NCBI GenBank assembly: GCA_964291495.2
Contig: OZ219871.1
Coordinates: 352,001-416,000, forward strand
Direction of reading: 5' to 3'
DNA length: 64,000 nt
Source: Dehalococcoidia bacterium
GTDB taxonomy: Bacteria; Chloroflexota; Dehalococcoidia; UBA2979
Part shown: piece after piece, positions 9,309 through 18,475 of the stretch
Layout: the number at the start of each line of letters is the position of its first letter
Numbering within the stretch: the stretch's first letter is position 1
The notes under the pieces: generated by a model
Databases searched by the model: none
What the model saw: the letters and a program-made list of their open reading frames with translations, nothing else
What the model was told of the DNA's origin: nothing
Translations under genes and position numbers: made by a program

Positions 9309-10469
9309 ATGACCGCGATCGGCATCGCGATCCTCGGCTCGACCGGCTCGATCGGCACCCAGACCCTCGACGTCGTACGCGGGCTGTCCGACCGCTTCCG
9401 CGTCGCCGCGCTCGCCGCCGGCGGCAACGTCTCACTGCTGCGCGAGCAGATCGAGGAGTTCCGCCCCAGCGCCGCCTGCGCCGCTCCGGGCGTCGAGGCG
9501 GACCGCCTCGCCTCGGAGTTCGGGCGCGACTCGTGGCTGCCGCTGGACGAGCTGGCCGTCCGGCCGGACGTCGACATCGTCGTCGTCGCCACCGCCGGGC
9601 GCCTCGGCCTGGAGCCGACGCTGCGAGCGCTCGAGGCGGGCAAGATCGTCGCGCTCGCCAACAAGGAGGTGCTCGTCGTCGGCGGGCACGTCGTGCGCGC
9701 CGCCCTCGAGGCGAACGAGCACCGCGGCGCGGAGCTGCGCCCGATCGACTCGGAGCACTCGGCGATCTGGCAGTGCCTCTGGGGCGAGCCGATCGAGACC
9801 GTCGATCGGCTCACACTCACCGCCTCCGGCGGCGCCTTCCGCGACTACGACATGGACGCGCTCGACCGCGTCACGCCGGAGCAGGCGCTCAAGCACCCCA
9901 ACTGGCAGATGGGCCCGAAGGTCACGATCGACAGCGCCACCCTCTTCAACAAGGGCCTCGAGGCGATCGAGGCGCGCTGGCTGTTCGACATCCCGATCGA
10001 CCGCGTCGACATCCTCCAGCACCGCGAGAGCATCGTGCACTCGATGGTCACCTACGCCGACGGCTCGATTAAGGCGCAGCTGGGCGAGCCGGACATGCGG
10101 CTGCCGATCCAGTGCGCGCTCACCTACCCGGAGCGCGCGCCGCAGCAGCCCGCGCCGCCGCTCGACCTCGCCGCGCGCGGGACCCTGAACTTCAGCGAGG
10201 TCGACACGAAGCGCTTCCCGGCGCTGCCGACGGTGCTGGAGGCGGGACGGCGCGGCGACACCTCTGCCGCCATGCTGTCCGGCGCGGACGAGTCCGCGGT
10301 CGAGCACTTCCTCGCCGGCCGCTGCCGCTTCACGGACATCGCCCGGCTGCTGGTGGAGGCGCTCGACGCGCACGAGGCGGACACGGACCCCGGCCTCGAG
10401 CAGCTGATCGCCGCCGACGCGTGGGGCCAGCGCTTCGTCAACGAGCGCGTCGCCGCCGGAATCCGCTGA
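9309..10469 (+). CDS. dxr: 1-deoxy-D-xylulose-5-phosphate reductoisomerase
   Basis: LGSTGSIG, LANKE, PIDSEHSAI, TASGG, HPNWQMG, NKGLE, PDMRLPI. Confidence 0.97.
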   Translation: MTAIGIAILGSTGSIGTQTLDVVRGLSDRFRVAALAAGGNVSLLREQIEEFRPSAACAAPGVEADRLASEFGRDSWLPLDELAVRPDVDIVVVATAGRLGLEPTLRALEAGKIVALANKEVLVVGGHVVRAALEANEHRGAELRPIDSEHSAIWQCLWGEPIETVDRLTLTASGGAFRDYDMDALDRVTPEQALKHPNWQMGPKVTIDSATLFNKGLEAIEARWLFDIPIDRVDILQHRESIVHSMVTYADGSIKAQLGEPDMRLPIQCALTYPERAPQQPAPPLDLAARGTLNFSEVDTKRFPALPTVLEAGRRGDTSAAMLSGADESAVEHFLAGRCRFTDIARLLVEALDAHEADTDPGLEQLIAADAWGQRFVNERVAAGIR

Positions 10470-10476
10470 GCAGGCG

Positions 10477-11694
10477 ATGAGCGACCGCGTGGACGTTCCG
10501 GCCGGCGAGTCAGGCCCGGAGCGCGGCGGCCCTCGCATCCCGCGCGCCCTCAACACCTTGATCGCGATCGCGGTCGCGCTGGCCGTGGCCTGGTGGTTCG
10601 CGCCCGATGCGGTCAGCTCGATGCTGCTCTTCATCGGCGTGCTCGTCGTGCTGGTGGTCGCGCACGAGCTGGCGCACTTCGCGACCGCGAAGCTGTTCGG
10701 CATCTACGTGCTGGAGTTCGGCGTGGGCTTCCCGCCGCGGATCGTGGGGCGGCAGTGGGGCGATACCGTCTACTCGCTGAACTGGACGCCCCTTGGCGGC
10801 TTCGTGCGGCTGCTCGGCGAGGAAGCCCCGGACCACCCGCGCTCCCTCGCCGCCGCGGCGCGCTGGAAGCGCTTCATCGTGCTGGTCTCCGGCTCCGTGG
10901 TGAACCTGCTGCTGCCGATCCTGCTCTTCGCCGTCGCTTTCACGATCCCCCACGAGGAGTCGATCGGCCGGGCGGTCGTCGAGCAGGTCGTGCCCGGCGC
11001 GCCGGCGGAGGCCGCCGGCTTCCTCAGCGGCGACGTGATCTACGAGGTGGGCGGGCGCGACGCGCAGAACGTCGCCGCGGCCATCCGGTTGATCCGCCTC
11101 AACCTCGGCAAGGAGATCGACGTCGTCGTACGGCGCGGCCAGGTGTACGAGACGCTGCGCGTCGAGCCGCGCTGGACGCCGCCGAGCGGCCAGGGCCCGA
11201 CCGGGATCATAGTCCGCTCGCAGTGCACGTTCGTTGGCGGCGAGGGCTGCGTGCCGTTCACGGAGACGGTCTCGCAGCCGCCGTGGGAGTCGATCCCCGG
11301 GGGGGCGCGCGCCACCCTCGACGCGATGATCCTCGCGCGCAACGAGCTGGTGTCCTGGTTCAAGGGCGGCAACAGCCCGGCCGTGGCCGGCCCGGTCGGG
11401 ATCGCCCAGACCACGGGCGAGGTCGCGCGCGAGGGCGGCGTAACGCCCCTGCTGATGCTCGCGGCGCTGCTCTCGATCAATCTCGGCGTCCTCAACCTGC
11501 TGCCGCTGCCGATGCTCGATGGCGGGCGCATCTTCTTCCTGTTGATCGAGGTGCTGCGCGGGGGCCGACGGATCGCGCCGGCGAAGGAGGCGCTCGTCCA
11601 CCTCGTGGGCTTCATCGCCTTCATCGCGCTGGCGATCGTGATCACCTTCGCGGACATCGCGCGCATCGCCAGCGGCGACTCGCTGTTCAATTAG
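10477..11694 (+). CDS. rseP: RseP-like M50 intramembrane zinc protease with PDZ domain
   Basis: HELAH, GFPP, PLGGFVRL, AGPVGI, NLLPLPMLDGG; canonical position between dxr and ispG. Confidence 0.93.
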   Translation: MSDRVDVPAGESGPERGGPRIPRALNTLIAIAVALAVAWWFAPDAVSSMLLFIGVLVVLVVAHELAHFATAKLFGIYVLEFGVGFPPRIVGRQWGDTVYSLNWTPLGGFVRLLGEEAPDHPRSLAAAARWKRFIVLVSGSVVNLLLPILLFAVAFTIPHEESIGRAVVEQVVPGAPAEAAGFLSGDVIYEVGGRDAQNVAAAIRLIRLNLGKEIDVVVRRGQVYETLRVEPRWTPPSGQGPTGIIVRSQCTFVGGEGCVPFTETVSQPPWESIPGGARATLDAMILARNELVSWFKGGNSPAVAGPVGIAQTTGEVAREGGVTPLLMLAALLSINLGVLNLLPLPMLDGGRIFFLLIEVLRGGRRIAPAKEALVHLVGFIAFIALAIVITFADIARIASGDSLFN

Positions 11695-11700
11695 CGGGGC
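11653..11700 (+). repeat. 48-bp direct repeat, left copy (3' end of rseP)
   Basis: GACATCGCGCGCATCGCCAGCGGCGACTCGCTGTTCAATTAGCGGGGC, identical at 12372-12419. Confidence 0.97.
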
Positions 11701-12025
11701 TGCGGCTGCGTCGGTCGATTCGGGCGGGCTGGTAGCGTCGCACGCTGATCTCGTCCGCACGCGCACGCATTCGCGAGGCGTCGTGCCACGCCTGCATCCG
11801 CAGCAGCATGTCCATGCCGATGTCGAAGGCCTTCTCGATTCGCAGCGCCATCTCAGGCGAGAGCTTCGCGTTGCCGTTCAGCAGGTCAGAGAGCGTCGCC
11901 CGGCGCACGCCTAGAATCTCGGCCGCCTTCGTGACGCTGAGGCCCAACTCCTCGATGACCTCGGTGCGGACGAACTCGCCCGGGTGCGAGGGCGTCATGT
12001 TCACTTCGATACTGCCGTCACTCAT
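11687..12025 (-). CDS. higA: HigA-family addiction module antitoxin (HTH-XRE)
   Basis: PSHPGE, LSVTKAAEILGVRRATLSDLLNG, SPEMALRIEKAF, LLRMQ. Confidence 0.92.
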   Translation of the reverse strand: MSDGSIEVNMTPSHPGEFVRTEVIEELGLSVTKAAEILGVRRATLSDLLNGNAKLSPEMALRIEKAFDIGMDMLLRMQAWHDASRMRARADEISVRRYQPARIDRRSRSPAN

Positions 12026-12315
12026 CAGTGGTAGTCCTCCAGGTTCAGGCGATCGATGTAGCCGCCCTCTTCCTCGAACGTGATCCGCCAGCCTTCCGAT
12101 GCGGACACTCTCCACGCACCTCGAGGCCGCCCCGAGACCAGTTCGATTCGCCAGCCAGGCGGTGCATCGGCGATGAACCGCCTTATGTCCACGGCCAACA
12201 TCAGCGCAGCCAACACCTTGCGAACCCGATCGTCCATCCCGCGCCCGAGGTACGGGGCCCTGTCGTCTGAGATCACGCGGCGCAATAGCGGGTGGCGAAC
12301 GGAGCGGATGATCAT
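12025..12315 (-). CDS. higB: HigB-like RelE-superfamily toxin (divergent)
   Basis: IRSVRH, WRITF, C-terminal LEDYH; toxin-first order upstream of higA. Confidence 0.82.
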   Translation of the reverse strand: MIIRSVRHPLLRRVISDDRAPYLGRGMDDRVRKVLAALMLAVDIRRFIADAPPGWRIELVSGRPRGAWRVSASEGWRITFEEEGGYIDRLNLEDYH

Positions 12316-12322
12316 CCCTGCA

Positions 12323-12352
12323 ACTGTACGGTTATACCGTACGCCCCTGCAA
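12323..12352 (-). promoter_or_regulatory. higBA promoter with palindromic operator
   Basis: Minus strand TTGCAG-N18-TACAGT; perfect inverted repeat GTACGGT-TAT-ACCGTAC at 12326-12342. Confidence 0.6.
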
Positions 12353-12371
12353 ACGCTGCCCGACACGAGCC

Positions 12372-12419
12372 GACATCGCGCGCATCGCCAGCGGCGACTC
12401 GCTGTTCAATTAGCGGGGC
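12372..12419 (+). repeat. 48-bp direct repeat, right copy (duplicated rseP 3' end)
   Basis: Identical to 11653-11700. Confidence 0.97.
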
Positions 12420-12525
12420 CTCCGTCGCGGCATCCCGTTGTGACGCGCAACATCCGACGCCCGAAGCGTCCCGGTTGACACGCCGCCCCGATGCCCCCGA
12501 CGATCAAGGCGATGGAGGCTGGCTA

Positions 12526-13659
12526 GTGGCTCGCAACAAGACCCGCAGCGTGTCCGTCGGGCCGCTCACGATCGGCGGCGGCGCGCCGATCGCCGTGCAG
12601 TCGATGGCCGCCACGAAGACCCAGGACATCGAGGCCACCGTCCGGCAGGTCGAACTGCTGGAGCAGGCCGGCGCCGACATCGTGCGTATCGCCGTCGACT
12701 CCCGGAAGGACGTGGAGGCGCTGGCCGAGGTGCGCGCCCGCACGGCGGCGACGCTCTCCGTGGACCTGCAGGAGAACTACCGCCTCGCCACTATCGTCGC
12801 GCCGCACGTCAACAAGATCCGCTACAACCCCGGCCACCTCTGGCACCACGAGCGCGACAAGCCCGTGCGCGACAAGGTCGCCTTCATCGCCGAGACCGCC
12901 GAGGCGAACGACTGCGCGCTGCGCGTCGGCGTCAACTGCGGCTCCGTCGACCCCGTGCAGATCGAGGCCCACGGCGACGACGACGTGGGCGCGATGGTCG
13001 CCAGCGCACTGGAGCACTGCGAGTTCCTCGACAGCATGGGGTTCGAGCGCTACGTCGTCTCGCTCAAGGACTCGGACTGGCGCAAGGTCGTCGAGGGCAA
13101 CCGCCGCTTCGCGTCGCAGCGCCCGGACGTGCCGCTGCACCTCGGCGTGACCGAGGCGGGCATGCTGCCGGAGGGCGAGATTAAGACGCGCCTGGCCTTC
13201 GAGCAGCTGGTCCCGGAGGGCATCGGCGACACGGTGCGCGTCTCGCTGACGCTGCCGTTCGAGGACAAGGGCACGGAGATCGAGGCCGGACGGCGCATCC
13301 TCGCAGACATCGAGTCGGGACGCTTCCGCTCGATGCCGACGGTCCTCGACGACGGCCTCAACATCATCTCCTGCCCCTCCTGCTCCCGCGTGGAGAACGA
13401 GGCGTTCATCGAGCTGGCGCAGGACGTGCGCAAGATCACGGCCTGGGCGAAGCAGCACGACGTCACGATCGCGGTGATGGGCTGCCGCGTGAACGGGCCC
13501 GGCGAGACGGACGACGCCGACCTCGGCCTCTGGTGCGGCCCGGTGGCCGTGAACCTGAAGCGCGGCCCGGAGCTGGTCGGCTCCTTCCCCTACGACGAGG
13601 TGCTCGAGCACCTGCAGCGCGAACTAGAGTCGATAGTCGAGGGGCGCTCAACGGCGTGA
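12526..13659 (+). CDS. ispG: (E)-4-hydroxy-3-methylbut-2-enyl diphosphate synthase
   Basis: [59 protein letters not shown]; TTGACA at 12475 upstream. Confidence 0.94.
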   Translation: MARNKTRSVSVGPLTIGGGAPIAVQSMAATKTQDIEATVRQVELLEQAGADIVRIAVDSRKDVEALAEVRARTAATLSVDLQENYRLATIVAPHVNKIRYNPGHLWHHERDKPVRDKVAFIAETAEANDCALRVGVNCGSVDPVQIEAHGDDDVGAMVASALEHCEFLDSMGFERYVVSLKDSDWRKVVEGNRRFASQRPDVPLHLGVTEAGMLPEGEIKTRLAFEQLVPEGIGDTVRVSLTLPFEDKGTEIEAGRRILADIESGRFRSMPTVLDDGLNIISCPSCSRVENEAFIELAQDVRKITAWAKQHDVTIAVMGCRVNGPGETDDADLGLWCGPVAVNLKRGPELVGSFPYDEVLEHLQRELESIVEGRSTA

Positions 13660-13690
13660 GTCCCGAACACCCTGAATCCGAGGGGGCGCG

Positions 13691-14650
13691 GTGAGCGCCC
13701 CGGGTTCCGACGGCGCCTCGCAGCGCCCGCTGCTCGCCCTGAGCACGATGTGGGCGGTGCAGCCGCGCTTCGAGCGTGACCTCGGCGCCTTCATGGAGCG
13801 CGCCGCCGAGCTGGGCTACGAGGCGATCGAGATCAACCACTCGATGGACGCCGAGCAGATCGGCGCGATCCTCGGGCACGCGACGCTGCCCGTGACCGGC
13901 GTGCACGCCCCCGCGCCGCTGGAGCGCGATCGCGGGCGGGGCTGGAACCGCGACCTCAACCTTGCCTCCACCGACGAGGAGGAGCGCGCGCTGGCCGTGC
14001 ACTACACGCAGCGATCGATCGATGTCGCCGCCGATGCGGGCGCGTACGCGGTCGTCGTCCACCTCGGCGCCGTCGGCGAGCGAGCGATCAGCGCGGCGAC
14101 GCGGCTGCGCGAGATGTACCCGCGGCAGCAGCTCGCCGAAGACGGCTGGGAGCAGGCGATCTTCGAGGCGCGGCGCGAACGTGCGCAGGAGGCGCCACCG
14201 TACCTCGCGCAGGCCCGGCGCTCGCTCGACGAGCTGGTGGCCTACGCGGAGCCGCGGGGCGTCGCGATCGGCCTCGAATGCCGCTTGCGCTACCACCAGA
14301 TCCCGCTGCCCGACGAGATGGTGGACCTGCTTGAGCCGTACCCGCGGGAAGTCGCCGGGTACTGGCACGACGTGGGGCACGCCGAGGTGCTACACCGCCT
14401 GGGGCTGGTGGAGCGCGGCGCGTGGTTCGACCTGCTGGGCGATCGCCTGCTGGGCAGCCACCTCCACGATGTCGACGGGCTGCAGGACCACCGCGCGCCC
14501 GGCCGCGGCAATGTCGACTTCGCCTGGCTCGCGGAACGGCTGCCCGCGACGGCCGCCCGCACCTTCGAGATCAACCAGCGTCAGCCGGACGAGGCCGTGC
14601 GCGACGCCATCGTCCTGCTGCGCGAGGCGGGAGTGATCGCGGGCCCGTAG
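13691..14650 (+). CDS. sugar phosphate isomerase/epimerase family (xylose isomerase-like TIM barrel)
   Basis: VVVHLG, GLE, YWHDVGH, HLHD...DHRAPGRG, FE. Confidence 0.82.
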   Translation: MSAPGSDGASQRPLLALSTMWAVQPRFERDLGAFMERAAELGYEAIEINHSMDAEQIGAILGHATLPVTGVHAPAPLERDRGRGWNRDLNLASTDEEERALAVHYTQRSIDVAADAGAYAVVVHLGAVGERAISAATRLREMYPRQQLAEDGWEQAIFEARRERAQEAPPYLAQARRSLDELVAYAEPRGVAIGLECRLRYHQIPLPDEMVDLLEPYPREVAGYWHDVGHAEVLHRLGLVERGAWFDLLGDRLLGSHLHDVDGLQDHRAPGRGNVDFAWLAERLPATAARTFEINQRQPDEAVRDAIVLLREAGVIAGP

Positions 14651-14656
14651 GCGGCC

Positions 14657-16606
14657 TCAGCGGCCGTCGAGCGCCTGTTCCTGCAGCGTGCGGTCCGGGC
14701 GGATGAACCGCGGGCCGAAGACCCCCGCGAGGAGGGCGACCAGCGCGATCGCCGCGACAACGAAGCCGGGGCGCCGGACGCCTCCGGCGAAATCGTCCGA
14801 GGCCCCCTCGGCGACATCCACGGCCTTCCCGGCAAGCAGGCGCTCGGTGGGCCCCACGTCCTGGTCCGACCAGTCTGCGATCTCCTCACGCGCCTGCTCG
14901 AACAACGCGCCCGAGGCGACCTCGTAGACCGGCCAGAAGAGGAACAGGATCACGACAACGGTCGCGAGCAGGGACGCCGACGCCCACACCACCCGCTCGG
15001 CCCAGCTCGTTCCACCGAGTGCCCCGATCGCGACCAGCAGGACCGCCACGATCAGCCAGGCAAGCACCCCGCCCCGGCGAACGTCGTTCGATACGTCGTG
15101 CGCCTCGTCCAGGGCCATGCCGAGCCCGCTCGCGGCTGGGTCATCGGGCGTATGGACGTAGCCGTCCGCCAGGAAGGCGCGCACCCGGTCCAGACCGTCC
15201 AGCACATCCGGTTCCGAGGCGAGGTCGGCGCGGAGGTCGGCCGCGCTGTACGTCCAGCCTTCGCTGAGCAGCTCACGCGTGTCGTGGAGCGCATCCAGGG
15301 CGTCCGGGCCGCCGGCCTCCCGCAGCTCCAGCCGCAGGTCGGCATCCGTGTAGGTCACCGCGTCCGGTACGGGCTCCAGCACGAGCGGCGGAATCGCCTC
15401 GGTGATCGCGGCACGCGCGTCTACGAGCAGATCGTCGGCCGGAACGCCCGGCGGAAGGCAGTCCGGCAGCCTCCCGCTCCCGAGGGCGGCAAGCGCGCCC
15501 GCTTCGGCGTCCGCCGGGCACGCGGGAAGGCCCTGCACCGACTCCTCGATCCTGGCGAGCGCGAGATCGGTCAGCAGGCCTGCAGCCGTGTCCTTGCGCT
15601 CGGCCAGCGAGATCGAGGTGGCAAACCCCTCCGACCGTCCCGTCACGTAGGCGCTCACATCGTCGATGAGCAGGTCGGCCTGCTGCTGCACCCAGGGTCG
15701 CGGCGCGGCCTGACGGAGCAACTCTCTGACCTCGTCGCGCCCGACCTCAACGCCGTACGGCAGCGTGATCGTCTGCTCGAGGTTGTCGTCGACGGTCGGG
15801 TCGAGGATGTCCGTGTACACGAAGTCGAAGGCGTCGGCCTCGTGCAGGACGGACTTGAGGTTCTCAACGGCCGCCGCCACCAGCGCGTCGCTGAGCCGTA
15901 TCCGCAGCTCGAAATCGTCCGTGTCGCCCACAAGGTACGCGGTCAGCTCGTTGACCACGTGCTCGACCTGCGTCGCGAACCACTCTGGAGTCAGGGTGTC
16001 TGTCACGACCTCGGCGAGCCGGCTGTTCTCTTCGTCGTCGCTCTCGAACAGCTGCTGCACCCAGCTGGGAGCCTCCTCATCAGGATCCACCGCGTGGCCT
16101 GCCGTGTCCTCGACCCGCGGCTCCAGCTCCAATTCGAGCAGCCGCTCGTAGACGCCCTCCTCGCGCATCAGCGCCAGCAGCTCGTCCACCACCTCGCGGA
16201 TCGTCTCTGCCAGCGGCGGATCGATGGTGAACGTGTCGCTGCGGCCCGTGACGTACCCGGCGACCTCCCGCACGGACGGGGCGACGAGGGCCTCGAGATC
16301 CTGGGGGGACAACCCGCGCTGCACGGCCTCGACGACCTGCGAGGTCGAGAGACCGGACGCCTCGACGGGGTTCTCGCGCAGTTCGACCCCGGCCTCGTTC
16401 GGATCCTCGTCACGCGCCTCGTCGACGGCCGACGAGAGCACGTTGTCCATGACGAAGCCGTAGGCATCCGCCTCCTCGAGCCGGTCCGCATAGAAGTCCG
16501 GGTTGAGGAAGGTGCCGTTCACGCTCTGCAGCACCAGGGCGGAGAGCACGAACCCCAGCAAGGGAACGCTGAGGGCGACGGCGGCAGTCCGCCTCAACCA
16601 GATCAT
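14657..16606 (-). CDS. hypothetical membrane protein with acidic internal repeats
   Basis: 649 aa; N-terminal TM, ~3 C-terminal TMs, three Y(V/L)xGx(S/T)xxF repeats. Confidence 0.8.
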   Translation of the reverse strand: MIWLRRTAAVALSVPLLGFVLSALVLQSVNGTFLNPDFYADRLEEADAYGFVMDNVLSSAVDEARDEDPNEAGVELRENPVEASGLSTSQVVEAVQRGLSPQDLEALVAPSVREVAGYVTGRSDTFTIDPPLAETIREVVDELLALMREEGVYERLLELELEPRVEDTAGHAVDPDEEAPSWVQQLFESDDEENSRLAEVVTDTLTPEWFATQVEHVVNELTAYLVGDTDDFELRIRLSDALVAAAVENLKSVLHEADAFDFVYTDILDPTVDDNLEQTITLPYGVEVGRDEVRELLRQAAPRPWVQQQADLLIDDVSAYVTGRSEGFATSISLAERKDTAAGLLTDLALARIEESVQGLPACPADAEAGALAALGSGRLPDCLPPGVPADDLLVDARAAITEAIPPLVLEPVPDAVTYTDADLRLELREAGGPDALDALHDTRELLSEGWTYSAADLRADLASEPDVLDGLDRVRAFLADGYVHTPDDPAASGLGMALDEAHDVSNDVRRGGVLAWLIVAVLLVAIGALGGTSWAERVVWASASLLATVVVILFLFWPVYEVASGALFEQAREEIADWSDQDVGPTERLLAGKAVDVAEGASDDFAGGVRRPGFVVAAIALVALLAGVFGPRFIRPDRTLQEQALDGR

Positions 16607-16745
16607 GGCTCGCGAAGGTGACCGGCGGACGCGGCAAGACGTGCCGCGAGCGGCCTACGCCGCCTCACCGCTCGATCGGTGGGCTGACGGGCGCCGGCCG
16701 CGCCAGTCCGGCACGGCCCGGCGCCGTGTCGAACGAGGCCGGTAG

Positions 16746-17522
16746 CTATCGCCCCTGCCAGTTCGGGTCGCGCTTCTCCGCGAAGGCGCGCGCGCCCTCC
16801 TTGATGTCCTCGGAGTTGACGACCGGCAGCGACAGCCACGCGCCGAGGCGGTAGGAGTCGTCGATCTTCGCCATCCGCCAGGCCTGGATCATCGCCTTCG
16901 TCGCCTGCACCGAGAGCGGCGCGTTCGAGGCGATCTGCTCGGCCAGCTCGATCGCACGAGGCATCAGCTGCTCCGGCGGGTCCACCACCTCCGAGACGAT
17001 GCCGAACTGCAGCGCCTGCTCCGGCTCCACGCGGTCGCCGACGAGCAGCACGTGGTTGGCGGCCGAGAGGTTCGTGATCCTCGGCAGGTGGTGAATCGCG
17101 TAGCCGGCGATGATGCCGCGCCGGGGCTCGAACAGGCCGACGTAGGCGTTCGAGGCCATGATCCGGATGTCGCAGTCCAGCGCCTGCTCCAGGCCGCCGC
17201 CGACGGCGAGCCCGTTGATCGCCGCGATGAACGGCTTGGGGCTACCCGAGTAGACCAGCCGCGGCACCTGGCCGGTCTGCCGCTGGGAGACGCCCTCGCC
17301 GGTGTTGGCGCGGTCGGCGGCCTCCTTCAGGTCCATGCCGGCGCTGAAGGCGCGGCCCGCACCCGTCAGGATGCCGACCCGCATGTTCGGGTCTGCGTTG
17401 AAGTCGTCGACGTGCTCCGCCATCTCCGCGCGCAACTGGCCGCCGAGGGCGTTGAGCCGCTCGGGCCGATTGAGCGTGAAGATCGCGTAGAAGTCCCGCT
17501 TCTCGTACAACGCGTCAGGCAT
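16746..17522 (-). CDS. enoyl-CoA hydratase/isomerase family protein
   Basis: LNRPERLNAL, AFSAGMDL, KPFIAAING, GGGLE, FE, EG..AF.EKR.P. Confidence 0.92.
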   Translation of the reverse strand: MPDALYEKRDFYAIFTLNRPERLNALGGQLRAEMAEHVDDFNADPNMRVGILTGAGRAFSAGMDLKEAADRANTGEGVSQRQTGQVPRLVYSGSPKPFIAAINGLAVGGGLEQALDCDIRIMASNAYVGLFEPRRGIIAGYAIHHLPRITNLSAANHVLLVGDRVEPEQALQFGIVSEVVDPPEQLMPRAIELAEQIASNAPLSVQATKAMIQAWRMAKIDDSYRLGAWLSLPVVNSEDIKEGARAFAEKRDPNWQGR

Positions 17523-17594
17523 GGTTCCCCCTTGTCTGCCTTGCGGTGCTCCCTCTGCTTCTGCTGTATCCTGCGTCGCCGCGGCGCGGACGCC

Positions 17595-18371
17595 TCAGCG
17601 CCCCTGCCACACGGGGTCGCGCTTCTCCGCGAAGGCCTGCGGCCCCTCTCGGGCGTCCTCGGAGTCGAGGACCACCGCGTCGATCCACTGGTAGAGCCGG
17701 TAGTTGTCGTCGATGCTCGCCATGCGCCAGGCCTGGATCTCCGCCTTGGTGCCGTGCACGGAGAGCGGCGCGTTCTCCGCGATCATCTGCGCGATCTCGA
17801 CCGACCGCGGGATCAGCCGCTCCGGCTCGACGACCTCGCTCACCACGCCCCACTCGAGGGCCTGATCGGCCTCGATGGCGTCGGCGGTGAGCAGCATGTA
17901 GGCGGCTGCGGTGGAGCCGACGACGCGCGGGAGGTGGTGCATCGCGTAGCCCGCCATGATTCCGCGCTTCGGCTCGAACAGCCCGACGTAGGCGTCCGAG
18001 GACATGATGCGGATGTCGCAGTCGAGGGCGATCTCCAGGCCTCCGCCGATCGCGAGCCCGTTGATCGCCGCGATGAACGGCTTGGGGCTGCGCGAGAAGT
18101 CCATCAGCTCCACGCGGCCCTCGGGGCGAACCCCGGTGACGGCGTCCCCGCTCGCGGCGCGGTCCGCGGCCTCCTTGAGGTCCATACCCGCGCAGAACGC
18201 GCGCCCGGACCCGGTCAGGATCCCGGCGCGCATCTTCGGATCGGCGTTGAAGTCCGCGATCGCCTCGTCGAGCTGGTCCATCAGCGCGCCGCCGAGGGCG
18301 TTGAGCCGCTCCGGGCGGTTGAGCGTGAAGATCGCGTAGGCGTCGTGCTTCTCGTACAGGAGCTCACTCAT
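17595..18371 (-). CDS. enoyl-CoA hydratase/isomerase family protein (tandem paralog)
   Basis: MSELLYEK..LNRPERLNAL, AFCAGMDL, GGGLEIAL; same length (777 nt) as its neighbour. Confidence 0.92.
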   Translation of the reverse strand: MSELLYEKHDAYAIFTLNRPERLNALGGALMDQLDEAIADFNADPKMRAGILTGSGRAFCAGMDLKEAADRAASGDAVTGVRPEGRVELMDFSRSPKPFIAAINGLAIGGGLEIALDCDIRIMSSDAYVGLFEPKRGIMAGYAMHHLPRVVGSTAAAYMLLTADAIEADQALEWGVVSEVVEPERLIPRSVEIAQMIAENAPLSVHGTKAEIQAWRMASIDDNYRLYQWIDAVVLDSEDAREGPQAFAEKRDPVWQGR

Positions 18372-18475
18372 CGGCGCGCCGTTCGTCCTCTCCCGGACCT
18401 CGCCGCTGCGGGCGCTTCGCCGCGCCATCATACGCGGCCGGGGCGGACCGTGCGGCGCGGGTTCTCGCAGGACCG

